Program-made: the position numbers and the translations under genes
DNA from: Eledone cirrhosa
Lineage: Eukaryota
DNA: 64,000 nt
NCBI GenBank assembly: GCA_964016885.1
Contig: OZ024762.1
Span: 16,554,001 to 16,618,000 of the forward strand
Reading direction: 5' to 3'
Shown: piece after piece, positions 12,103 through 24,154 of the stretch
How the letters are laid out: each line of letters opens with the position of its first letter
Numbering within the stretch: the stretch's first letter is position 1
Notes under the pieces: model-generated
What the model was told of the DNA's origin: nothing
Database searches by the model: none
Seen by the model: only the letters and a program-made list of their open reading frames with translations

Positions 12103-12449
12103 CTGGAACAAACAAAAAAAAAATGTTTAATTTAACCCTTTAGCATTTAAACCAGCTATATCCGGCCAGAATTCTCTCACCTCTTTCTGTTCAAACCAGC
12201 TATAACCAGCGACTCGTACTGACATTAAGGTATTGTTCTCAAAATAAATAATATACTGGATGCATATATCATATATATATCACCAACATTGGGGAGGAGA
12301 TTAACTGAAATGTCGTCCCAACCCTTTACTTGGCAGATTTTTTACAGCTGGATTTCCTTCCTCTCACCAACCACTTTACAGAGTGTACTGGGTGCATTTA
12401 TCATATATATATATATATTAGGATTGGTGCTCTGAAATAGCGATGTATA

Positions 12450-12695
12450 CATGAATGTATGTTTAGTATATTTAGCAATATACCATATTTTAAATTAAAA
12501 ACATCTAGAAGACCTTACGCTATCAGTTTTAAAGTAGTGACTATGTTACTTACTTCTTTTATAAGAAGTAAGTAACATACTAATTGAAAAGAAGTAAGTG
12601 ACATAATCACTACTTTAAAAATGATAGCGTAAGGTCTTCTAGATATTTTTAATTAAACATACGGTATATTGCCAAATATACTATACATACATTCA
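12450..12695. repeat. ~245-bp imperfect foldback
   Basis: ATGAATGTATG...TCTAGAAGACCTTACGCTATC pairs with GATAGCGTAAGGTCTTCTAGA...CATACATTCAT. Confidence 0.8.
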
Positions 12696-12898
12696 TCATC
12701 ATCATCATCATCACCGTTTTACGTCCGTTCTTCCACGCTAGCATGGGTTAGACGGGTTGTCCTGTTGAGGGCAGTGTCTGGTCGGCTGACCATGCCTTGC
12801 TCATACAGGAACTGATCTGGCTTCATATATATATATCACCAACTAAATATATATATATCACCAACTAAATAAATAAATCAATATATTTACATACTTAC

Positions 12899-13063
12899 AG
12901 CCACATTTTATTCAGAATTTCTTGTATAATTTCTTCGGAAGACTTTTCTTCAACTAAAATATCCATCATGGCAGCCATCCTGTCTTTAAGTCCTGGGATC
13001 TGCTGCAGCTGTTTGTGGGCATCTTTAACCTCATATGTCCAAGCATGGTCAATCAGGTATATG
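12899..13063 (-). CDS. TTLL12: TTLL12 coding exon 3 (IYLIDHAWTYEVKDAHKQLQQIPGLKDRMAAMMDI...ILNKMW)
   Basis: LIDHAWT and QLQQxPGL match TTLL12; 165 nt, phase 2/2. Confidence 0.93.
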
Positions 13064-14025
13064 CTGAAAGTTGAAATACAGGGGTTACATTATAGCTGTG
13101 ATGGTGATGATAAGGTCTAAAAATATTGGTTGACAGGAGACAAAGGGGACCCACCTACAACTACAATGCTATCATTTAATTTTTATAACAAATAAATAAA
13201 ATTAAAAAAAAAAAACAATTGGAAATAAAAAGATGCAATTAAAATGTACATTTTTTTTACTAACTACAGTGTATATGTACTGTTTATATTATTGGCAATA
13301 TACGAAATGTAAATACAGAATGTTATAATTGAATTTTTAAATAAATTTTTGGGTGAATGTATAGTATACAGTTATTCCGAAAATTTTTAACCAAACGACA
13401 AAAATCACCCAGTCAACACTGTAAGGTGATCGTGTAGGTGTCACGACAAAAAGAACCCAGTCAACACTGTACAGTGGTTGTGTAGGTGTCATGACAAAAT
13501 GCACCCAGTCCACACTGTAAAGTGGTCGTGTAGGTGTCACGACAAAGGACATCCAGTCCACACTGTAAAGTGGTCACGTAGGTGTCAAGACAAAAAGCAT
13601 CCAGTCCACACTGTAAAGTGGTTGTGTAGGTGTCACAACAAAAAGTACCCAGTCCACACTGTAAAGTGGTTGTGTAGGTGTCACAACAAAAAGTACCCAG
13701 TCCACACTTTAAAGTGATTGTGTAGGAGTCACGACAAAAAGTACCCAACACACACAGTAAATGTGGTTGGTGTTAGGAAGGACATCCAGCCATAGAAACC
13801 AAGCCAGAAAGACATGGTCACTTGACCCAATTTACCTGTAATGGGACAACCCGTCTAACCCATGCTAGCATGGAACATGGACATCAAACAATGATGATTG
13901 ATACATCTCTGTTTCATGAGTATCTCATTAATTGTGGAGAAACATCAGATATTATCAGGAAAGTTACTCCATTAGAGGTGCTATACAAGAACTGTTAAAT
14001 AGTAAAATATAAAAAGGAACTGAAC

Positions 14026-14162
14026 TGTTTTCCATCCATTGATGACATTTCAGAAAGTGTCACAACTTTCCATAGTGATTTATTTCCATCCTCTTCTGCC
14101 TCCTCTTCAGTATCATTGCAGTCTCTCCTCAATATTTGAAATCTTCCTCCTGCATCAAACAC
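14026..14162 (-). CDS. TTLL12: TTLL12 coding exon 2 (VFDAGGRFQILRRDCNDTEEEAEEDGNKSLWKVVTLSEMSSMDGK)
   Basis: VFDAG motif; donor GTTCAG chosen because it gives the phase exon 3 needs. Confidence 0.85.
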
Positions 14163-14184
14163 CTTTTAAAGCAGAAGAAGTAAC

Positions 14185-14800
14185 CATTTAGTATTTACAT
14201 TACTCTATATATACTATTGTATTTTCACAGTAAAGGCTTTACCTCACATAATATCTCATATAACATTTACATTACTCTATTTACTCTATATATACTATTG
14301 TATTTTCGTGGTAAAGGCTTTACCTCACATAACATTTAAATTACTCTACATATACTATTGTATTTTCACAGTAAAAGCTTTACCTCACATAATATCTCAC
14401 ATAACATTTACATTACTATATATATACTATTGTATTTTCACAGTAAATACTTTACCTCACATAACATTTACATTACTCTATATATACTATTGTATTTTCA
14501 TGGTAAAGGCTTTACCTCACATAATATCTCACATAACATTTACATTACTCTATATATACTATTGTATTTTCATGGTAAAGGCTTTACATCACATAATATC
14601 TCACATGCCATTTACTCTACATTTACTATTGAATTTTCATGGTAAAGGCTTTACCTCACATAATATTGAATCAATAAGATTTTGATGTTATTTATTTTGA
14701 GAACAATACCTAAACATCAGTATGAGTGGCAGGTTACAGCCGGTTTGAATAGAAAGAGGTGAGAGAATTATGGCCAGATACGGCTGGTTTAAATACTGTT
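14185..14800. mobile_element. piggyBac-type MITE with tandemly amplified interior
   Basis: Same termini and body as 40697-40910; several internal repeat units. Confidence 0.75.
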
Positions 14801-15081
14801 AATGTGAATTCTATTCCTTTAACTGCACAATCGACATGATTTTCTGTGCAAGGCAACTCCAAGTGAAAAGCAGGGAACAAGAAAAAAACCCTTTTTCTTG
14901 TTTTCTGTAACTTGGAAAAGACCTTTGATAACATTCCAAGAGCTGCTATATGGAATGTCCTCCATTGTTTTGTCTTTCTGGTTCAAGCATTGCATGACAA
15001 TATATCTGGATGTATCTGCAGTATATCTGCATGACAATATATCTGGATGTATCCACCAAAACAGGCAGACTTATATCAAAC

Positions 15082-15630
15082 AAATAGGCTATGTAGCCGG
15101 TAAACCCTAAAGGGACGCAACACACATATCGCTATAGTGTTTCACCAGCCAGTTCCTTCCTCAATCATTCATAGATGTGTGTGTATGTAATAATTATTTT
15201 GTATAATGTGTCTATTTATATGTATGGGTAGATGTGTCTGTATGTGTAGGTTTGCACTTCTGTTGTCTCTATCTGTTTATGTATTTACCTGTAGATGTGT
15301 GTGTGTATGTGTAAGTTTACCCTCTGTTGTATATCTGTTTATGTATTTACTTGTAGATGTATGCGCGTGTGTGTGTGTGTATGGGTAGATTCACACCTGT
15401 TGTCTGTATCTGTTTATCTATTTACCTGTAGATGTGTGTGTGTATGTAACTAAATCATAACATGTTATGGATGGATGACTAAATGATTTTAACATGTTTT
15501 TTAACAATTGATGGTGCAAAAGATCTCAAATTTCAGACGGTAAAAGGCCGCAACTAATAGTGTCTGACATTCTTACCGGCTACATAGCCTGGGAGTCTAT
15601 TTTACCGGGACCGGCTACATAGCCTCTTCC
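15082..15630. mobile_element. Non-autonomous TIR element with AGGCTATGTAGCCGG termini and an internal microsatellite-like array
   Basis: TAGGCTATGTAGCCGG at left; two reverse-complement copies at right (15575, 15611); second copy at 52772-53191. Confidence 0.75.
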
Positions 15631-15789
15631 TTTATCAAACAAGTGCACTTTAGAAAACGATGTGGAAGACATAGAATTGCAGATAAGACATTTGGGAAGC
15701 TAATCAAACACGTCTTCAACAACCAAGATCAGAACTTAACAGAAAGTATGGTCTATAATGCTGTTGCCCATTGCCAGATTTAGGGCAAA

Positions 15790-16001
15790 TGAGACCCTGT
15801 ACTAGTTTAGTTATGAGACCCTGTACTAGTTTAGTTATGAGACCCTGTACTAGTTAAGTTATGAGGTTCTGTGTTAGTTAATGAGGCCCTGTACTAGTTA
15901 CATTATGAGGTCCTGTACTAGTTAAGTTATGAGACCCTGTACTAGTTAAGTTATGAGACCCTGTACTAGTTAAGTTATGAGACCCTGTACTAGTTAAGTT
16001 A
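15790..16001. repeat. 24-bp minisatellite (GAGACCCTGTACTAGTTAAGTTAT)
   Basis: Tandem units visible. Confidence 0.9.
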
Positions 16002-16112
16002 AGATCCTTTCAGTAATTCACTATATCATGAATATATTTATTCTGCTCTAGAAACGTGTAAGGTATTTAAAATGCTTAAAAACTAGTTTTTTCCATCACG
16101 ATTTTTGATTTC

Positions 16113-16142
<30 letters not shown>

Positions 16143-16143
<1 letters not shown>

Positions 16144-16470
16144 AGTCCCGGGTTCAATCGGGGGTAACCACAGTAAGTAAGGTACTCAATACATAGCAGA
16201 GTATATAATGTTTAATATAGAAATAGCTTCTACAGGACTAGAACTGTTTCATTCGAAGGAAATCAATGTAGTTGACGGTTAGGAGTAAAGAGTACTCGAT
16301 ACTGAAGTAGAGTTTAAAGATTCATTTCTTATTAAGGCTAACCAGTGAATCTTGTAACCTGAGTAACAGACCAACTACCGTAAACAGACGAAACTCCAGA
16401 GTAACAAAACTCACAATCTAATCTTAATAAAATGATGGTCCACCTGATTCCTTACCACACTTCCTTCGTT
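16143..16470. mobile_element. Composite of Penelope-like tail fragments, family E
   Basis: 16143-16270 is the reverse complement of 18150-18280; right end shared with 21710-21745. Confidence 0.6.
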
Positions 16471-16635
16471 ATATATATATATATAGTAAAACCTACTAGT
16501 CAGTAGGCATCTCTAACAAAATACACCCCCGTCCCACCCCATCCACACCGCCCCCTTCAATGCAAAGTTATGTTGGTGCCACAACATCCAGGCCGAAACA
16601 AATGAGATCGTGTAGGTGTCACGACAAAAAAACAC

Positions 16636-17312
16636 ACAGTCCACGCTGTAATGTGACCGTGTAGGCAACACGGTAAAAACCTCCCAGCCCCACACTGTAA
16701 ATGTGGTTGGTGTTAGGAAGGGCATCCAGCTGTAGAAAACCCGCCAGACAGTCCACGCTGTAATGTGGCCGTGTAGGCAACACGGTAAAAACCTCCCAGC
16801 CCCACACTGTAAATGTGGTTGGTGTTAGGAAGGGCATCCAGCTGTAGAAAACCCGCCAGACAGTCCACGCTGTAATGTGGCCGTGTAGGCAACACGGTAA
16901 AAACCTCCCAGCCCCACACTGTAAATGTGGTTGGTGTTAGGAAGGGCATCCAGCTGTAGAAAACCCGCCAGACAGTCCACGCTGTAATGTGGCCGTGTAG
17001 GCAACACGGTAAAAACCTCCCAGCCCCACACTGTAAATGTGGTTGGTGTTAGGAAGGGCATCCAGCTGTAGAAAACCCGCCAGACAGTCCACGCTGTAAT
17101 GTGGCCGTGTAGGCAACAAGGTAAAAACCTCCCAGCCCCACACTGTAAATGTGGTTGGTGTTAGGAAGGGCATCCAGCTGTAGAAAACCCGCCAGACAGT
17201 CCACGCTGTAATGTGGCCGTGTAGGCAACACGGTAAAAACCTCCCAGCCCCACACTGTAAATGTGGTTGGTGTTAGGAAGGGCATCCAGCTGTAGAAAAC
17301 CCGCCAGACAGT
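16636..17312 (+). repeat. 112-bp tandem array (~6 near-identical copies) inside a family 3 SINE
   Basis: ORF track repeats every 112 nt; unit contains TTAGGAAGGGCATCCAGCTGTAGAAAACCCGCCAGACAG. Confidence 0.92.
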
Positions 17313-17685
17313 CCTATGCGAGCAAGACAACCACTCTTGCCTCAAGTGGGAAAACTCCCGTCCAAACCCATGCAAGCGTGGAATATGGATGTTAAACGAT
17401 GATGATTATGATGATGATGATGATAGGATAACAAGGTATCGTTTGAGGTAATCTAGCTAGAGGTTATGAGTACTCTGTATTATGGATAGTTTTAACGTAC
17501 GGGGTCGTTTGACACAACAAGAGGTTTCCTTAGCCGGGTGGCCGGAGGTTCTTGGAGTAAAAGAATGAAGAATAACATGGTCGGCTGTACAATAGGGTTT
17601 ATTTCCAGTATTAACAATTATTTCTTTAGCGGTTTGTCGACTCACCCGATTAAAGATACATTTGTTAATACTATAACTAAACCCT

Positions 17686-17870
17686 GTGGATTGGCAGTAA
17701 CGGTAGAGGGTCGGACGCCATGCTTTCCAGTATAGAGTTATGCCCCTTTATGGTCTGAGTTCAAATCCCGCCGAGGTTAACTTTGCCTTTCATCCTTACG
17801 GGGTCGATAAAATAAAGTACCAGTAATGACTGGTTTAATTGCTGGCCTTGTGCCAATAGTAGAAACAATT
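17686..17870 (+). mobile_element. tRNA-headed SINE family 2 with Meta-domain-like segment
   Basis: GAGTTCAAATCCCG B box then GCCTTTCATCCTTACGGGGTCGATAAAATAAAGTACC; copies at 18568-18748(-), 19875-20057, 30115-30210, 37489-37685, 37878-38005, 46822-46922(-), 47089-47280. Confidence 0.8.
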
Positions 17871-18147
17871 ATATATATATAGAGAGAGAAATTATTAATT
17901 CTGGCAATATTATTACAACAATATGACCCTCCCCAAGTATAACAATATATATATATATATATAGTAATAATAATAAATGTGAAGACTAAAATCCAAATAA
18001 GGGTAAATATATATACAAATATATAAGAACCCTAGAACAAATATTTTTTTAGTTTCAGAAGATCCCGTTAAGGGTGAAAGCAGCGATTCTTTGCTTAAAC
18101 TTTAATCTGTTATTTTAATAAATATATATATATAATTTAATCAGGAA

Positions 18148-18192
18148 AGCCCTGATGATTTCTATCGAATGAAACAGTTCTGGTCCCGTAGA
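18148..18192 (+). ncRNA. Hammerhead ribozyme motif, family E
   Basis: CTGATGA-tttc-tatc-gaat-GAAAC-agttctg-GTC; degenerate minus-strand relative at 16230-16271. Confidence 0.55.
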
Positions 18193-18289
18193 AGACATTT
18201 CTATATTAAATTTGATTTACACTCTACAATTTATTGAGTACCTTACTGTGATTACCTCCGATTGAACCCGGGACTCACATACGTATGTA

Positions 18290-18357
<68 letters not shown>

Positions 18358-18769
18358 TTATAAGAATAAAATGTTTTGAACAGTTCTTTGATTCTTATAA
18401 TTCATATAACTGCTCTGTAAATCATCTGATGTTTTTACATTGAGCTACTTAACTTACTGGTAATAAGGTAGTAATATATTACTGCCTACCACTATTTAGG
18501 GTTTGTATAAAAATATATATAACTGCAAAAGGTTTTTATATTTACATAACCATTTTCCGTATAATTAATTGTTTCTACTTTAGGCACAAGGCCAGCAATT
18601 ATCCAGTGCATTACTGGTACTTTATTTTATCGACCCCGTAAGGATGAAAGGCAAAGTCAACCTCGGCGGGATTTGAACTCAGATCATAAAGGGACGTAAC
18701 TATGCTTGAAAGCATGGCGTCCGACCCTCTACCGATACTGCCAATCCAAATTAATACTATATATATATA

Positions 18770-19585
18770 GGCATTCCTTACTATTAGCGGTGTCAAGAAT
18801 GAAAGTAAATTTATTTTCATTTTCGAACGTCGTGAAAATGAAAATAAATTTATTTTCATTTTCGATTGTTTATCTCATAACAAAAATGTATGGACGAGTA
18901 TATGGTCGCACTACGTTAGCTGATGATATTTTGAATGCAAATGACAAATTCAGTCAATCGGTGCGACGGAATTCTTTTTTTGAACGAAGCCATGTGCGAC
19001 TGGATCACCTTATTGGTATTATATACAGGTGGTGCTATGATCACACACAAGTTGAGATGATTAGAGAAACGGGAGTCTCCGAACGGGCAGTTATAGACTG
19101 GTGCAATTTCATTAGACAAATTTGTGAGCAGTATTTGGAGGAAAATCCTCAAGAACTTGGAGGATTCGATGACAATGGTGAGTCCATCATTGTCGAGATA
19201 GACGAATCGAAATACTTCCATAGAAAGTATCATCGTGGCCTGTGGATACAAGGCCACTGGGTCTTCGGCGCTGTTGAACGCCATTCTGGACGCTGCTGCC
19301 TTGTAGAAGTCCCAAATCGAAGTCGTGACACTCTCGTCCCCATCATTCAGCAGTGGATTTTGCCAGGCAACCGCATCATCTCCGATTTTTTTTCAACACA
19401 CACAACATGAAAAACAATCAAGTTATGTTTGGGTTTAATGAAAATAAATAATCGAAATGAAAATAAATTTACTTTCATTATCCGCGACGTTTCGTTTAAA
19501 CACACACACACAAAATGTAAATAAACTATCGAAAATGAAAATAAATTTACTTTCATTCTTGACACCGCTAATAGTAAGGAACGCC
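18770..19585 (+). mobile_element. Merlin/IS1595-superfamily DNA transposon, internally deleted
   Basis: ~57-bp TIRs GGCATTCCTTACTATTAGCGGTGTCAAGAATGAAAG...; encloses an ISXO2-like transposase fragment. Confidence 0.88.
18886..19410 (+). pseudogene. Truncated ISXO2-like (Merlin) DDE transposase
   Basis: IVEIDESKYFHRKYHRG, WVFGAVER, VPNRSRDTLVPII, IISD; ends before the segment carrying the catalytic Glu. Confidence 0.85.
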
Positions 19586-19870
19586 CCTGTGGCATGGAAC
19601 GGCCCTGTGGCTTTCGAGACGTTTGGGGGAGTCAGGCCGCTGACTGCGAGGTTCCTTTCCTCACTGGCGGCTCGCCTAATTGAGGTGACTGGCGAATCTC
19701 GCGAGGGTGCTTGGCTGTTTCAGCGCATCAGCCGGGTGTACTGGCTTGCCTCATTAGAGAGGTTGCCCAGTACTCGCGGCGTTGCTGTCTTTTGCTCTGG
19801 AGTTCGGTCCGTTGTTCACTCCTTCTTTTACATTTTCCTTAATATTGTAGCATTGAAGGAATATATATTT
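19586..19870 (+). mobile_element. 3' end of a CRE-like (RLE-type) non-LTR retrotransposon
   Basis: PVAFETFGG...FLSSLAARLIEVTGESREGAWLFQRIS resembles the CRE C-terminus; related fragment at 29540-29780. Confidence 0.7.
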
Positions 19871-20429
19871 CATGTGAATTGGCAGTATCGGCAGAGGGTT
19901 GGACGCCATGATTTCTAGCATAGTTACGTCCCTTTACAGCCTGAGTTCAAATCCCGCCGAGGTTAACTTTGCCTTTCATCCTTACGGGGTCAATAAAATA
20001 AAGTACCAGTAATGTACTGGGTGATTGCTGGTCTTGTGCCTAAAGTAGAAACAATTATATCATCCTTTGTAGTGTTGCCGAGGCATTTGTAATGTTATTT
20101 ATATTTAAAACATATTTGTTATGTTATTCTACTGTAAATTTATTTATATGCTCTGTTTATATTTTCATTCTGAAGGAACTTATCCACTTGTGTTGATATA
20201 AGTGATTTTATGACTTTCCTCTAAGCATTGTGTCATTATATACGGTTATTTTACAAAACAATTTGTCCTACCTTCATTAATTAACAAATATATATAATAA
20301 TTCATTAATTAACAAATATATATAATAATTAACAAATATATATAATAATTAACAAATATATATAATAAAACATATTTTGATTATGTGAATGTCTTCATTT
20401 ATTAACATTTTGAATAATATATATATATA

Positions 20430-20531
20430 CAGGGTGTCAAAAAAAAATGTATACACACTTCAACAGCATTCTAATAAAAATTGCCTGTACGGGTAATCAA
20501 AGTGTGTATATATTTTGGGAGGGGCACCCTG
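20430..20531. mobile_element. 102-bp Tc1/mariner-type MITE
   Basis: TA-CAGGGTG...CACCCTG-TA with subterminal ATACACACTT/AAGTGTGTAT. Confidence 0.8.
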
Positions 20532-20592
20532 TATATACACGATAGGATATATGTATACATAAAGTGTCTGAAAGAAATGCATTGTAAGCTAC

Positions 20593-20724
20593 CTGTCCAC
20601 GAAGTTTATTGAGTAATGCCTCCCAAAACTGTTCAGGAATTGTCTGCAACTGGGGTCCATGTAGTTTCTTAAAAGAATCTAAATCAATATTTTCTGCAGT
20701 GATAATCTGAGACGATTCTGTCAT
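20593..20724 (-). CDS. TTLL12: TTLL12 first coding exon (MTESSQIITAENIDLDSFKKLHGPQLQTIPEQFWEALLNKLRGQ)
   Basis: FxxLHGPxL...PExxWxxLLxKL matches the TTLL12 N-terminus; CAG/GTAGCT donor, phase 0 into VFDAG. Confidence 0.88.
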
Positions 20725-20927
20725 TTTCTTGTTAAACAAACATGTGGGATTAAAACAATCGGAATGTTGATCAAAGAATTATATAAAAAGAAGCTGGTAA
20801 GAGGTGAAACGAAGAATGTCTACAGACGGAGTAGCATGAGAAATACGGAACGAAGACTATCTTCGGATTTTGGTCTTCACATTTATTATTACCATATATA
20901 AAAGTAGAAACAATTATTATTGACTTA

Positions 20928-21369
20928 ATGAGCAAGGCATGGTCAGTCGATTGGACACTGCCCACAACAGGACTAACCCATGCTAGTGTGGAAGAACGGA
21001 CGTAAAAAACGGTGATGATGATGATATATATATATATATGGTAATACTTGTTTCTACTTTTGGCACAAGGCCAGCAATTACCCAGTGCATTACTGGTACT
21101 TTATTTTATCGACCCCGTAAGGATGAAAAGTAAAGTTAATCCCGCCGAGGTTAACTTTGCCTTTCATCCTTACGGGGTCGATAAAATAAAGTACCAGTAA
21201 TGCACTGGGTATTTGCTGGCCTTGTGCCAAAAGTAGGAACAAGTATTACCATATATATATATATATCATCATCATCACCGTTTTTTACGTCCGTTCTTCC
21301 ACGCTAGCATGGTTAGACGGGTTGTCCTGTTGTGGGCAGTATCCAGTCGACTAACCATGCCTTGCTCAT
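20928..21369. repeat. ~440-bp palindrome built from two SINE types plus (TA)n
   Basis: Arms mirror about ~21145 across SINE-2 tail, (TA)n and (GAT)n-tailed SINE. Confidence 0.88.
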
Positions 21370-21550
21370 ATGGGGACTGATTCTGGCTTGATTTCTACAG
21401 CTGGATGCCCTTCCTAACACCAACCTCATTTACAGTGAGTGCTGGGTGCTTTTTTTTTTTTTGCCGTGGCACCTCAACGACCACTTTGCAGTGGAATGAT
21501 AGGGACCCCAGTCCCTATCATCTAATTTCTACAGCTGAGTAAATATATAT

Positions 21551-21745
21551 ATAGGAAATTCTTCAAGACTCCGACGGCAGAGCTCAAGCCGTTTCGACGG
21601 CTATTTCAGTCCAGAAATAGCCGTCGAAACTTGAGCTCTGCCGTTGGGGTCTTGAACAATTTCCTATTACCCACTCTATTACCCTAAGTATTGAGTACTC
21701 TGGTGCCTTATGGTCCATCTGGTTCCTTACCACACTTCCTTCGTT
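21551..21745 (+). mobile_element. Penelope-like hairpin plus tail, family H
   Basis: Arms 21551-21607 / 21613-21667, then tail ending CCTTACCACACTTCCTTCGTT-(AT)n. Confidence 0.65.
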
Positions 21746-21754
21746 ATATATATC

Positions 21755-22131
21755 ATCATCATTTTACGTCCGCTTCTCCCTGCTTGCAAGGGTGGGACGG
21801 GTCTTATTCAGCACAGCATCTCTCCACTTGTCACGGTCCTTCGTCATCTCCACCGTGAGCTTCAGCGATCTGAGGTCTGTTCTCACCACTTCCACCCATG
21901 TTTTTCGTGGTCTACCTCTCCCACGTCTTCTTTCAACTGGCATTTCCTGGCACTTCTTCACCCATCGGTCATCCTCCATGCGCTTCACATGTCCATACCA
22001 CCTCAGTCTCCTCTCTCGCACACTACATTCTATCCGTCTCAGACACAGTTTCTCTCTCAACACATCCATGCTGGGTCATTCACGCACATTGATATTGCAC
22101 ATCCAACGGAGCATGCTTGCCTCATTTCTCT

Positions 22132-22133
<2 letters not shown>
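21755..22133 (-). mobile_element. RTE LINE 3' fragment
   Basis: RLRWYGHVKRM...GRPRKTW; (GAT)n tail. Confidence 0.9.
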
Positions 22134-22206
<73 letters not shown>

Positions 22207-22211
<5 letters not shown>

Positions 22212-23374
22212 AAATAAAGATCCGAAGGCATGGTATAAATTTTCAATCATTTTAATCACGACACATGTTTCAATAAGAGATAGATCGATCGTGTAGCTAT
22301 GATCGATTATCACTGATCTCGTCAGGTGAAAATGAATTGTCTTCAAATCCTTGATATGAGGGAGAAAATTAACGATGTTCACTCACAGAGTTTAGTCCCT
22401 CATATGAAGATCAAGCAGTCAAAACACGGCGACTGCTATCGTCCTCAGTTAGGGTCATAAAACTATCAAGTCTCTATCTCCCAATACCTGTAAAAGACGC
22501 TAGACATCAATCAAATCTGTAGAATTACAGTTGGTCACATACTGACACCTTAACCCAAATACCCAACCCTACACAGAGCCCCTTGGTGGCCTACATAGCG
22601 GTTGCTTGCACGCACAGATTTGGGGACTCAGATTCTCAATGGGACAACGGGACATACTGAGTTCGATATGAGCTGACTACTTGCTCTTCACATGGATGTG
22701 TATATACCTAAACATACACTATATGGAGATACGGATGTTACAATTCAATCTATACACGTATAGCAGAACATTGAACTGAACTTACTTGCGTGTGTATAGG
22801 GTTGCGGTTGACCCACGTCAAATTGAGATTTGACCAATATAACATTTGTTGTTTTGTAAACTAACTTTCGGTGAATACTATGTTGGTATATTTGTATATA
22901 TTTTTTCTTTGACCTCGCGTCATGTATGTGTGAGTGTGTGTGTACTCACTCACATTAACTGTGACCGTGTATAGTTCTACAGATTTGATTGATGTCCAGC
23001 GTCTTTTACAGGTATTGGGAGATAGAGACTTGATAGTTTTATTACCCTAACTGAGGACGATAGCAGTCGCTGTGTTTTGACTGCTTGATCTTCATATGAG
23101 GGACTAAACTATGTGAGTGAACACCGTTAATTTTCTCCCTCATATCAAGGATTTGAAGACAATTCATTTTCACCTGACGAGATCAGTGATAATCGATCAT
23201 GGCTACACGATCGATCTATCTCTTATTGAAATATGTGTCGTGATTAAAATGATTGGAAATTTATACCATACCTTCGGATCTTTATTTTGATACAAATACT
23301 CCGTTTTACATCATCTAGCTGTTCCCATAAATGGAATTGGAGATATACAAAAGCGTGGAGAACTTAATATTGCT

Positions 23375-23377
<3 letters not shown>
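22207..23377 (+). mobile_element. Penelope-like terminal element, family I: ~318-bp inverted arms (22207-22524 / 22975-23292) plus tail, between (TA)n
   Basis: Arms are near-perfect reverse complements; hammerhead in each arm. Confidence 0.8.
23171..23242 (+). ncRNA. Hammerhead ribozyme motif with extended stem II
   Basis: cac-CTGACGA-(ATCGATC/GATCGAT hairpin)-GAAA-tatgt-GTC-gtg; minus copy at 22257-22329 reads GAAACATGTGTC. Confidence 0.72.
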
Positions 23378-23419
<42 letters not shown>

Positions 23420-23425
<6 letters not shown>

Positions 23426-23772
23426 TGAAAAAGAACAAAGGAGCTATTATGACATTATAACAAGTTTATTGCCGACAGCCGTTTCGTCCGACCATATGGA
23501 GAGACTTTTCAAACTGCTAGTCTTAAGTGATACGTTGATGTAAATAATGAACTTACAATCACATGTTATATGCCTTGAAAAGTCCCACCATGTGGTCGGA
23601 CGAAACAGCTGTCGGCAATAAACTTGTTATAATGTTATAATAGTTCCTTTGTTCTTTTTCATTAATATTTCTGCTCTGCTTATACGCATAGAGCTTAACT
23701 AGCTACCGTCGCATATTTGGTAGGTCAGACGTGATCATCGCGATTCACATACGACCTACCATACATCTTGCT
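23420..23772 (+). mobile_element. Penelope-like terminal element, family A, second copy (hammerhead at 23572-23616)
   Basis: Tail nearly identical to 7930-8035; gcc-TTGAAAA-gtcc..ggac-GAAACAGCTGTC-ggc. Confidence 0.75.
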
Positions 23773-24094
23773 TATATATATATATATATATGATACATTA
23801 ATAAGATCCCTTTTTTAATTCCTTTCTCTGCTTACCCTAAGAAACCTAGCTTTCTTCTTTCCCTGCTTCTACTTCCTCGTCTTCGTTCTTGTTTTCTCCT
23901 ACCCTGTCTTCACCCTCTTTCCTCTCCCCCCCCCCTCCTGATTAATCAACTGACCCATTTTTCTCGACCCCATCCACCACTAGATAATTGCTCCGGTAGG
24001 TAGGAGCCCCCGCCCCCAGCTCTAGCTTCAACAAAGACACTGTAACACACCAACTTTATCTGACATTCCTAAGAATTTAAATACGAATAAGTCA

Positions 24095-24154
<60 letters not shown>

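Noticed and set aside
18706-19410. Bacterial IS1595 contamination or an intact transposase gene
   Set aside because: Embedded in an intron among host SINEs; eukaryotic Merlin is the simpler reading; ORF start lies outside the TIR and the C-terminal catalytic region is missing
22525-22975. Penelope RT or GIY-YIG coding remnant in the family I spacer
   Set aside because: No ORF in the track and no recognisable motif, so the PLE assignment rests on RNA motifs and architecture only
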